This document shows positions 50,778 through 61,266 of a DNA stretch of 64,000 nt, in pieces (the stretch's first letter is position 1; every line of letters begins with the position of its first letter). The stretch comes from Trichosphaerium sp. ATCC 40318 (taxonomy: Eukaryota > Protista > Tubulinea), in contig JALMLS010000354.1 in assembly GCA_038496445.1 (NCBI GenBank), positions 372,001 to 436,000 of the forward strand, written 5' to 3'. The notes below the pieces were generated by a model. The model had not been told where the DNA came from, made no database searches, and saw only the letters and a list, made by a program, of their open reading frames with translations. A program made the position numbers and the translations under genes.

Positions 50778-50992
50778 CAAAGAAGACTTTGGTTCTTTTG
50801 GCTCTGAAAGGCCTTGTCAAGGTGTACGGGAAAACTAAATGCATTCATGTACAATAACTTGTTAAACAGACAGCACTGTCAGCCCGCTATGCTAATAGCT
50901 GGGTGTCTTGAAGAGTTATTGGAAGTACTCTAGGAAGAGTAGTGGGTGTCTTTGGAGATACTGATCGTATTTTAGGACCAATACAACCTGGG
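50778..50992 (+). repeat. Repeat copy A: inverted homolog of 56159-56369 (decayed gene fragment)
   Basis: High identity by eye to the reverse complement of 56159-56369 (e.g. ggaagtactctaggaagagtagtgggtgtctttggagatactgat). Confidence 0.9.
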
Positions 50993-51319
50993 TTTCCTTA
51001 AAGTGTTACCCGTTCTCTAGTTACATTACTACTTACTATGAAGATGTGACAAGCATTTGGTTGGACTAGAAAAGAATGATAATACAAAGTCAAGACACAA
51101 TAGATCGAACAATGGAGAGCAGCAAACAATCAAAACGCCTAAAATATTTTGTCTTTTTGTAAAACTTCTTTTTGATTTCCTTTTTCTTTCAACAAAATTG
51201 CATATCACACAAGTGTCTAAAATGTAGTAAAGTTGGCTCACGTGGCTACACCATAGCCACCAAAGACTGGGTGCCTTTCTTCACAGAGCCCTTGACTGCA
51301 TTGTCAATGTCAGTCCAAT

Positions 51320-52261
51320 CTAACGGATAATACGAGATGCTCCATCAAGTCCTCTTACTCCTTCATCTGTTACTGAAGTATGTATAAGATTTATAGTGTG
51401 AACTCCAGCGAGAGCCTTAATGCCTTCATCTGTTACTGAAGTATCCCAAAGATAAATAGTATGGACTCCAGCAAGTGTTTTAACTCCTTCGTCTGTCACT
51501 GAAGTGTAATTAAGATAAATGGCATGGACTCCAGCAAGTGCTTTGACTCCTTCGTCTGTTACTGAAGTATTATCAAGATAAATAGTATGCACTCCAGCAA
51601 GCGATTTGATCCCTTCATCTGTTACTATAGTATTACTAAGACTAATAGTATGAGCTCCAGCAAGTGCTTTGACACCTTCATCTGTCACTGAAGTATTAGC
51701 AAGATAGATAGTATGGACTCCGGCAAGTGCTTTGACACCTTCATCAGTTACTGAAGTATTAACAAGATAGATAGTATGGACTCCAGCAAGTGCTTTGACA
51801 CCTTCATCTGTTACTGAAGTATGTATAAGATTTATAGTGTGAACTCCAGCGAGAGCCTTAATGCCTTCATCTGTTACTGAAGTAGCATGAAGGAGAATAG
51901 TATGAACACCAGCAAGTGCTTTAACGCCTTCATCAGTTATTTCTGACTTGAGATTAAGGTTAATAGCATGTGCACCAGCAAATTGCTTTATAATGCTGTC
52001 ATCAACACGCCCAATTAAGACGATGTTGGTGTTTTTCAAAATACCCACGTGTTTTCTAGCTTCTTTTGCTTGAGTTAATGTGCGAATCCTAATAGTATGG
52101 TACCCAATAATATCATGAACGATAGAAGCAAGGAAATGACATGTTTGACAAGCTGCAAATCGTGATTTGGTTGTTTGGCGCAATATATGAGCTAATATCT
52201 CTGTAGGCAGTTGAAACAATGTTGTACAAGTGGTATTGTCACACTTTGAGGTAGATAGCAT
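51320..52261 (-). CDS. Intronless F-box + 21-aa leucine-rich-repeat protein
   Basis: F-box LFQLPTEILAHIL...CQTCHFL; nine near-identical GVHTIxLxxTSVTDEGVKALA units (63-nt period) plus one 22-aa unit. Confidence 0.9.
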   Translation of the reverse strand: MLSTSKCDNTTCTTLFQLPTEILAHILRQTTKSRFAACQTCHFLASIVHDIIGYHTIRIRTLTQAKEARKHVGILKNTNIVLIGRVDDSIIKQFAGAHAINLNLKSEITDEGVKALAGVHTILLHATSVTDEGIKALAGVHTINLIHTSVTDEGVKALAGVHTIYLVNTSVTDEGVKALAGVHTIYLANTSVTDEGVKALAGAHTISLSNTIVTDEGIKSLAGVHTIYLDNTSVTDEGVKALAGVHAIYLNYTSVTDEGVKTLAGVHTIYLWDTSVTDEGIKALAGVHTINLIHTSVTDEGVRGLDGASRIIR

Positions 52262-52327
52262 AATAACGTTGTATTTTAAACAAATAAATGGGAAATAATT
52301 ACCAACACGGTTCTAGAGATGTTTCAA

Positions 52328-52432
52328 TGTAAGGTTCCAAGAGATAACGTATACGAGATTATATTAAAAACTAACTACTTTATTTACATGATTCTTATAA
52401 GTCAATATGTTTCTAGAGTACGGAGCGTTACA
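52328..52432 (-). mobile_element. Candidate short (105-bp) 3' LTR
   Basis: Minus strand reads TGTAAC...CTTACA with TGTAA/TTACA inverted ends and an internal AATAAA; G-rich PPT-like tract GGTGTGGGGG (52437-52446) just upstream; lies downstream of the integrase ORF. Confidence 0.6.
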
Positions 52433-53773
52433 GATACCCCCACACCAGGACAAAGCACGCCAAAAGCTTGCGTATGTACGAAAAATAAAGGAACGCGAGA
52501 ACTCTTAAAAAAAAATTCTTACTAAAAAGAGAACTAGCTTCAGTTTAGACACGTGCTGTTTAATTTTGTTAGGCATTTCGCCTCGCTTTTAATAGAGGAC
52601 GTGATCTATTTTTCAAGAAAGCGCGGTGAGATTTAGCGGTATTATTTTACACGTATATCGGCTTACGCTTTAAACGCGCCTAGAGCGAAGATCGCCCAAC
52701 GAAAGCTAAAATTTATACTCACTCGTTCAGGCAAGTATTTTAAGGTTACTGAGAATCGTCTCCACGATGTTTTCCTCGCACCACCGAACTTTTACCTCTA
52801 GCGCCTGGTTTGGAGATTTTTGGAAAGGTTAGAAACCTTTCTGGCGCAAGCACGTTTTATGAACTACAGCATTCGAATCTATAACTGTAGCTTTGTTCAA
52901 CTCAAAAGCAAATTTTTTTCAAAGTTTTCTATCAAATCCTTCATTAAACGTACTAGCGACTTAGGGGTTTTGAATTTCTTGATCCTTTGGCGGAACTGGT
53001 CTCTACGGCGATTTGACTCGATGAAAACACTTGACAGGTCAGCTAATACATTGGTAAGTTGCTGTTTATACACTTTAATTCTCTTCGTATTTAATTTTCC
53101 GACATCTATGTAGGCTTGAATAGAGTTGTATGCAGATAATAACAAGTGTTTTAGTTCGTTGAAACCATAGATTGCATTTGCTTTGCGAATTCGTTGACTG
53201 TTGAGAGTACTGGGATTGGATGATGAGTCAGGAGTCGGAACCAGAGTTACTTCTTCCTTGTTTGATTCTTCATCAATTCTTTCATTCTTTTCTGATTTTT
53301 TCTTTTTCTTCTTTAGGTGCGATGGTCTGTCTTTGTATTTCTGAAGTCTTTCTGCATGATAAGGTATTTCAAAAGAAATACTATCTTCATCTCGGAGCCA
53401 ATATTCATTCTTGTGACAACGCACTACTGTGAAAGGTCCTTCCATTTGATGTACAAATTTCTTAGCAAATCCTTGTTCGATTGGTCTCATGCGTTGGAGA
53501 AGAACTTTATCGCCAGGTTTGAAGATAACGTTTGATCGGCATTTGTTGTATCGCTTGGCTTGATGTTGATTAGCCTTCTTTCTTGCTGTCTTGGCCAAGT
53601 TGTGAGTTGTTTTGATGGTGTTCGAAAGTTGTTTGATCCATTGGTCTATTTTTAACGCAGGACTAGGGTAAAGTCCTAAAGCTTGGTCTGAGGGTTTGAC
53701 TGCTGGTCGCCCAAAGACAAGTGAGAATGGCGTCTGGCGTAGTTCTGCGTTAGAAATATTCCGAGTAATGGTC
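52328..53773 (-). mobile_element. 5'-truncated Ty3/Gypsy-type retroelement (integrase C-terminus, 3' UTR, PPT, LTR)
   Basis: Frame continues upstream of the called ORF: QTPFSLVFGR...AKRYNK...FKPGDKVLL...KKFVHQMEGPFTVV...YHAERLQKY, the Gypsy/Ginger integrase GPY/F module; no RT or DDE core in window. Confidence 0.8.
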
Positions 53774-53950
53774 GAGATACTGATGGTATTTTAGGACCAG
53801 TACAACCTGGGCAGTATGTTTTTTATTACTGATGACTAGCACTTTAACATTTTAGAGAAACAGAACATGATAGGTTGTCACGTGCCAGTCAAAGCATTAC
53901 TTTGTGAGAAGACTCAAGACTACATTGACAATGAGTGTTTTAATCCGCAC
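53774..53950 (+). repeat. Repeat copy B: inverted homolog of ~56014-56196
   Basis: Near-identical to the reverse complement of 56014-56196; shares 38 bp with copy A. Confidence 0.9.
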
Positions 53951-54339
53951 ACTAGCCTGACAACCATTTAATCTACTTTCTAATAAACACTCTTCTAAGA
54001 ATACCTCGGCTTGCGTATGTCTACAAAACCGATCAATACACCTACTTACCACGACAGTAGCTAGGTGGGACAAAAATCATCTTTCACATCATATTCTATT
54101 TTTACTTTTCAGTTCACGTGCACTCATAGTAAAGACCTGATCCTTAGTATCCACTTGATACTTCAACCATTAATTAATCAGTTTCATGACAAAACAACAT
54201 GCTGTTGATCTATAAGGCTTTTGTTGGCAGAAGCCCACATTGGCAAAAAAAAAGAGTCTAACCGTAAATTTTGTTTATTTCAGTGACACGTGCAAATCAC
54301 GTTGTGAATTTTTTTTAACCATCTTCAGGTACAATTACT

Positions 54340-55635
54340 TTAATAAAAATCAGGCCAAAATTCTTCATCAGTATTTTTACATTGTAGATAATTAACCACC
54401 ATTCTCTTTGTTATTTGAGTGCCACGATATTCAATGCAATCAATACTTGTTAATTTAATAACACCCTCATCTGTGATTTGAAAGCAGTCTGTGAGGCGAA
54501 TTTTCTTAACACCGATAAGACTGCTCACTCCTTTGTCTGTTATCTTTTTGCAGCCACGAAGACTAATAATTTTAGCACCCCTCAAAGAGCATAAACCCTT
54601 GTCTGTCACATTTGTGTAATTAATAAAAATTGTATGTACTCCAGCAAGTGCCTTTAAAGTACTATCATCAACACAGTCAACATGAGAAATATCAATCACT
54701 TTTACACCTGCCAATTGTTTTATCACATCATTTGATATCAATTTACAAGCATGCAAATCAATATGATGTACACCTGCAAAGCATGATATAGTATCGTCTG
54801 TTAATTGTGTACACTCATAAAGCTCTATACAAGATATACCAGCCAAAAGTTTCAAGACATTGTTTGATATTTGAGTACAGTCATCAAGACCAATTTTTTT
54901 AATTTTGTGAGTTGTTTGATTTTGTGTTAACAGATACTTTACTCCTTCATCTGTAATTCTCTTACAGTTACTAAGACATATGAAACTTGCATTTGTTAGT
55001 GCTCTTACACTTTTATCCGTTATATCACATGCATCAAGCTGTATCTTGTGTACATTACCTGAAATGGCAACGACACCTTTGTCAGTGATATTGTCACAAC
55101 GAGATAAGTTGATAGTATGAACTCCAGAGAGTGCCGCAAGTCCTTTATCTGTTATGTCTGTCATTGAAATATCAATAGTATGAATAATTCCAAGCTCTTG
55201 AAGCCACTCATCTTTTACATGACTGATTGGTATGCTTAATGTATGAATACCTTGAAGTAACTTAAATCCCGATCCTGTCAAGGTGCATCCACGTTCACGT
55301 ATTTTCGTTTCCAGATGATGTACACCTGAAATATGTTCTAACATCATATCTATTAATAAAAAACTACGCCTTATTTCAAGGTGATGAACACCAGATAGAT
55401 TTTTAAAGTCATCTTCAGTCATTTTAAAATTAATAATCACTTTTGTATTTTTTAAAAGAGGACTTTCATGTAGTTTGAGTAGACTTTCTCTTGACTTTAC
55501 GTTCACTGTTAAATACCCCAAATGCTTTAAAATGATTGTAGAAAACAGTTTACAAACAAATGTTGCTGATATACGACATTTCTTGTCTAAAAACGCCAGT
55601 ATACAAAACATTATTTCTGTCGGTAGCCAAAGCAT
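54340..55635 (-). CDS. Intronless F-box + cysteine-containing LRR protein
   Basis: F-box MLWLPTEIMFCILAFLD...VCKLF; multiple GVHTINLSRCDNITDKGV-type LRRs; 1.3-kb uninterrupted ORF. Confidence 0.9.
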   Translation of the reverse strand: MLWLPTEIMFCILAFLDKKCRISATFVCKLFSTIILKHLGYLTVNVKSRESLLKLHESPLLKNTKVIINFKMTEDDFKNLSGVHHLEIRRSFLLIDMMLEHISGVHHLETKIRERGCTLTGSGFKLLQGIHTLSIPISHVKDEWLQELGIIHTIDISMTDITDKGLAALSGVHTINLSRCDNITDKGVVAISGNVHKIQLDACDITDKSVRALTNASFICLSNCKRITDEGVKYLLTQNQTTHKIKKIGLDDCTQISNNVLKLLAGISCIELYECTQLTDDTISCFAGVHHIDLHACKLISNDVIKQLAGVKVIDISHVDCVDDSTLKALAGVHTIFINYTNVTDKGLCSLRGAKIISLRGCKKITDKGVSSLIGVKKIRLTDCFQITDEGVIKLTSIDCIEYRGTQITKRMVVNYLQCKNTDEEFWPDFY

Positions 55636-55819
55636 CTCAAATGTCCTGTGAGTACGGTTAGCCAAAACAGAGTAAAAATAACAGGGGCAAAGGCGATTAT
55701 GCAGAACACATACTCTGGTGGCTCGGTTAGTGTATGAAGCATGCCTTTAGAGCAATTGTCTACTGAATTGTTGGGAAAGTAACTGTGGTACTTAAGGGAG
55801 TTGACTCCACAGAGCTATT

Positions 55820-56369
55820 TTAATTTAAGTACGAATCAGCAGTTCTCTGTTTCAATATGAAAGATGACAAGGAAACTGATCTTCGTAAGCATTGTGTTAG
55901 ATCCCACCACTACTTGTCGAAGTACTCACGCAGTAGAAAGTAGCCTGCAATTTACTGGGTGGTCCATAGACAAGACGGAACAAGGTACTCTTACAAGAGA
56001 AGTTTATTGTACAGCAGATTAAAGCAAACACTGTCAATGTAGTCTTGAGTCTTCTCACAAAGTAATGCTTGACTGGCACGTGACAACCTATCATGTTCTG
56101 TTTCTCTAAAATGGTAAAGTGCTAGTCATCATTTATTCCAGTAATAAAAAACATACTGCCCAGGTTGTACTGGTCCTAAAATACCATCAGTATCTCCAAA
56201 GACACCCACTACTCTTCCTAGAGTACTTCCAAGAAGTCGTCAAGACTCACGGCTATTAGCATACCGGGCTGACACTGCTGCCTGTTTCACAAGTTATTGT
56301 ACACGAATGCAGTTATTTCCTGTACACCTTGACAAGGCCTTCAAAGCCAAAAGAACAAAGTCGTCTTTG
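55820..56369 (-). pseudogene. Decayed intron-containing gene; most complete copy of the repeat family (left end approximate)
   Basis: Reads YKDDFVLLALKALSRCTGNNCIRVQ*LVKQ...*RLLGSTLGRVVGVFGDTDGILGPVQPG, a GTATGT...TTTAG intron, then ETEHDRLSRASQALLCEK...; in-frame stops. Confidence 0.5.
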
Positions 56370-56725
56370 TATCATGGACCGTTTCAACGTGTATATGTGA
56401 CTACAGTACAGTATTGAACTGTTGGGGTCAGCACGTGACTTATAGTAAAAGTTGATATGTAAAATTGCTCTCCGTTGGTAAACTGGCTGCCAAAAGTTTG
56501 CTGGCAATGAACATATTGTAATCAACGGAGTCAGTTTGAAATACTATCACACGTTTTGCACAATGATATTCTGGCATTATCAACAACCTGGCTAAATATG
56601 AATGCAATTTGCCAGTTTCAGCTATCTATGAAGCATAATCATGTAAAGAAAAAAGCCCAAACCGTTTGAAGTGCTGTTTGCAAAGATGAGTTTATTTGAA
56701 AAAGAAAAGCAACATAAGTATGTAA

Positions 56726-57979
56726 TTAATTGACACGTGTGAATCTCCATTGTTGGTTTGCGTTACCTCTGTTAGTAGTGTACAGGTGAACCTAAAGCCA
56801 TTAGCAAAAAAGGGTCACGTGTTACAAAAGAAAAGAAGTACATTTTGGCCGTTTGCTCCACCACTTCTACCATCAATAGAGAACCCACGTGCATTTCTCT
56901 TTTCAAGCATGAAGTTGTTTCCGACTTGGGTCTTCTTCCAATGTTGATTACGATTTCCTGATGAGCATGTAACAACACGAACGTTCTGTCTTTTGGCACC
57001 ACCATTGTTGCCATCAATACACAAGTTTGTGTTTCGTTTTTGGTATGAGAAGAAACCACTTCCTCGTGATATTTCAACCCATTGTTGATTAGGATTTCTA
57101 GATCCATAGCTGTACAAGAAAACCTAAAAAGAACGAAATGAGCTTATGAAACAAAACAACGAACGAGCTCTTTTTTAATGTAAAAATTGACTTACATTTT
57201 GTCCACTTCTTGAACCACTACTTCCATCAAGAGCAAAGTTAAGGGAGTTTGCTTTACGGAGAGTGAAAATGTTTCCTGGAATTGGTGGTGGTGGTGGAGA
57301 TGGGGTAGGAGTAGAACCTCCAGATTGACTAGACTCGCCAACATTACCGTCCTTCAATACGCTACCTCTGTTCATTGTAATTCTTCTGAGAAAGTATCCA
57401 TCTGAACGACCAGCAATCTTAAGGGTATAAGTGGTACCAGCGTCAAGGTTTGCTTTTGCAGGGCTCTTTTGATGATTCTTATCGAATGTATCACCCCATC
57501 TCAACTGGTTATCGTTGTGTCCAAAGTAGGTGAACAACTTTGTTGCCGAGACAATTGTTCTGGAGCCAGCAAAGAGAGAAAACCAAATATCGTTACCTAA
57601 ATAGACACGACAGGTGTTAGTAGATACTGAAAGCTAATTTGTGAAAGTTATTTTTACCTTCGTCTTCTCTGAAACCTCCTGGATTTGCTGCTGGAACACG
57701 TGCAGATTGTAGCCCAAAAAAGTATGAACCACTTCTATCGACTTTGAATCTATACTCAAGCGTATTCGATCCTGAAATTGCGCCGTTGTAGTTGTTGTCT
57801 GGGGCATCCCAAAGCGCACCAGCTTTACCCTGGACAGTACGTCGCTTCCAGAATCCCTTGAGTGATGTCGAAAGACCGTTGATAATGACTTTTCCACCAG
57901 AGCCTTGGAACACGCACGTGACGCACATAGAGAAGCAAGCGAGGGCGAGGAGTATAGCGAGATTATTACTCACGTGCAT
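56726..57979 (-). CDS. Secreted protein: beta-sandwich domain, Pro-rich linker, ricin-B lectin domain
   Basis: Signal peptide; YTLKIAGRSDGYFLRRI domain; PTPSPPPPP linker; three QxW repeats (NQQW, NQHW, NQQW). Confidence 0.85.
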
Positions 57980-59051
57980 TGTTGTAGTATTAAAGAGAAG
58001 GTGCTCTCTTGTTGTTGGTTTGTTTCTGTTGAGGCAGTTAAAAAAGAACGAAATTTCGTGTACATTTGCGCTAGCGTTGCAGCTCTTGTTTTTTCCTAAT
58101 CGTATCTTACAGAAAAGATGTCAAGGAGTTGCCGTAGGGTATTCTTATCAGGTTTCTCCTTTCGTTGTCTACAATAAGGCGGTATATAAAAACACCGCAT
58201 TGTGAAACATTGTTACAACTTATGTTTCTGCTCTTAGCTGTAATCTGTGGTTGTGCAGCTCACTCATTTTCTCAAACTATTAGTCACATCTCGTCGTTAC
58301 CACAACAAGCTTGCGTGTGAATTCATAGTCAAAACCAAAGAGCAAGAAAACAATGCAATGATGTATTGGTAGCATTTATGGCAATGCACAATTGAACCCT
58401 CGATAGTTAAAACGCTGATATGCTGCTCACGTTCTACACTACTTTGTACTACATCATACCCAACATTCACTAGCGCTAGCTACTTCGCTAGTGACAACAA
58501 TCGGGTTCCAAACCCGAGATTCATCATTACGTTTTTATGTTGTCACGTGTTTAAAACAACAAAACGTTATTACCACACAACGTGACCACTCAACGTTTAA
58601 AACAGGCAATGATTCTGTAACCGCATGTGCATGCTCCTTTTCACGAGGCGAAGGTATTTCTAAATCTAGCGATACTCGTAAAAAGTTGTTGTCCGCTTTT
58701 TTTTCTCGTTTGTTGGCTGCTTTTTACGAAAGTTTGCTGTGTAAATAAGTTGTCATAGCGTTAACCAAAGGTAACTTTCTAGTATGTGGTAGCAAAAAAA
58801 AAAGCGACAAGAAAGCGCAGCGTATTTTTTGCGGTAACGAGTATTCGCGATTCTTTCTAAGGTTTATACTTTGTCTGCCTTTAAAACATAGCGTATTAAA
58901 ATCATCTCATTTAGTACGTTGTTTTTAAACGTCATACAATATTGCGCCACAAACCAGGGTGTTTGTAAGACCTGGCGGCGTAGTTACAGGCGTATTGCAA
59001 GCAATAAAAGCATTGTATCTTGAGCTTATGCTACACTTTCTGCCATTATAA

Positions 59052-60778
59052 TCACTCCCATGGCTTATATCCCATTAATTTCTCTCCAAGCGGTGTCAGG
59101 TGTACGTCATCTTTCAAATCAGCCTACAACAAATGGTCTGTCACTACCTTTCTCTTGTATTTCTCTGCCTTTTAAAACGTACGCGTTTTAGAGCCATGTT
59201 GGCTCCTGTAATAGCCCTATCTGTTATAGGACCCATCTTCATATATTGTATCATCCTATATCTAGAGCTATCATTTGGATGAGTACCATGAGGAATTCTT
59301 GAGTTCCAAACAAGAATACTACCTAAACGCGAATACAATTAAAAACGAAGACATCACCATATTTGAATGGAGTTACCTTTTCTTATTGGCATTGTTTGGA
59401 TGTCAGCCCTCATAGGATCATCTTTAGGTATTTGTATACTCGTTGGATCAGGACCTATATTTGATCTTATAATCACGTGCGCAAATGTAAAAGAAAGTAC
59501 CCTGTGATGATGTTAGACAGTGTTTATGATGTTTAGCTGCCCATCCTAAACAATGCTTGTGGAATCCAGGTACAGCATGAAACCCTCCTTCCTTCTCTGA
59601 ACAATCAACTAAAGCTAGAATACCTTGAACTCGAAGTGTATCGTTATCTCCAGGAACAGTATCTACAACATATTAAACCAAAACACAAATTTGTCTAAAC
59701 ATATTGGTCAGCTCTCTTACATCTATTCATTCTTATATGCGGTCCCCAACCATAAGTTGATGTCTCTCCTATTTATCTTAGTATAAGACAATCGGTGTTA
59801 AGTATAGCTAACCTGTTAGGGGATTCATGTCTAGATGTAGCCAACCAGTCTTACTCTTCCACTCTGGTTTATCAACTGGTCCTTCTTCCTCTGAGAACAC
59901 AACATCTAATTATCGTTTAGTTGAGAGTACCTATATCCAGGCTTTAAATATCTACGACTTGTCGCTAGGACTGAGATAGTAGAATATCCAAAGAGAGAAG
60001 GTTTTATCAATTTTATGAAAGTGAAGTGTTTGAAGGTTCTTGATCCTAGAGTTATGCAAAAATGATTGAAAGTACCTTTTGTTGGTCTCATTAAACTCAC
60101 ACGATCTATACTCGTGTATAGTTTAGGTGTTTTATGTAACGTCTCAAAGACTTTATGGATTTTTGGATTTTGTCTATTATTAAATGCTTGTTTTGTTAGA
60201 ATAAACTGACTTCCTAGTATCCCTAGATGACCTCCCCAAGGCCAATTCTTTACCCATGTATTAGGATCATCTCTAGGAATAACAAATAAGAATACGAGAT
60301 AGATGATGAATATGACTGAAGTGATTCTTTCAAAGAACTTTACAATTTGCACAGCGAATTATTTTTACGGTTTTTGAAGAAACGACGCTATCTTGTCTCA
60401 GACAACTTACTTTTTGATATTATTGCCCCACTCAGTGTCTAGTAAGTTCCATACCTCCTCCTCTGTTCTTTCACATTCGTCTTGTGTTAGTACATCGCGA
60501 ACAACAACGATTCTGTACGATTCCGTTAATTTTGAAGCGTGACGTTGCCTCTAACCCGTATTTATCGAAGAATGCGCTGATTTCGTTAGTTTCGTCAACT
60601 GCAAATGAAACAACGAAACCTTCATCGTCTTTAGGTATTTTTAACGGTTTATAGTTGTATGGTGCGTTCAAATCCGCAATAACTACGAGACAAGATGTAA
60701 ATGGGTTATAGTTTTGTTGATCCTGTTAAACGTGCCTTGTGGGCCTTTATACTCGTACTTACTCTCTCCCTGGCCCAT
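59052..60778 (-). CDS. Phytanoyl-CoA dioxygenase (PhyH)-like Fe(II)/2OG oxygenase
   Basis: WLHLDMNP (HxD), VQGILALVDCSEKEGGFHAVPGFH, LVWNSRIPHGTHPNDSSRYRMIQY. Confidence 0.85.
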
Positions 60779-61266
60779 TTGATCAGCGTAATTAATTAAT
60801 TGGTGGTTAAGAGATGTTAAAATAGACTTTCCACTTAAATAAAACGCACGCTGGTACAACACGACTTGTTATTGCACAGTTCATTGTAGATAAACTTAGG
60901 AAAAATGACGGTGTTTTAACTAAATAACTAAAAACGTAAACAGAAACAAGACAATTTTCAATTCACGTCACGTGATTGTTTACAAAACTACAAAAAACTG
61001 AGCTACCCACACAGACTTCATTATTGCTAATTCCGAAATCTGATTTAAGTGTAATCAGCTACAAGGCAATATTCCAAGTTTGTTGTGCCTTAACACCACT
61101 GCTGAGTGTTTGTAATCAACTTGGTATTGAGGAAGCTAATCGAATGTTTTTATTGACAGTTTATTATTGTTACTTAGTTTAAGCGGATTGGCACTTTGTT
61201 AATGATTTCAGAATGATTCTTTTATACAAGGATATGTTATACTACGTTATTGATTCTATTTTATAT

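Noticed and set aside
51340-51990. 63-nt tandem repeats with variable inserts, superficially CRISPR- or DGR-like
   Set aside because: In-frame coding LRR units with no unique spacers, no cas or RT gene and no template repeat; variation is not adenine-restricted.
50778-56369. Inverted repeats as TIRs of a DNA transposon
   Set aside because: Arms look like decayed exon/intron sequence, a third internal copy exists, and no transposase or TSD was identified.
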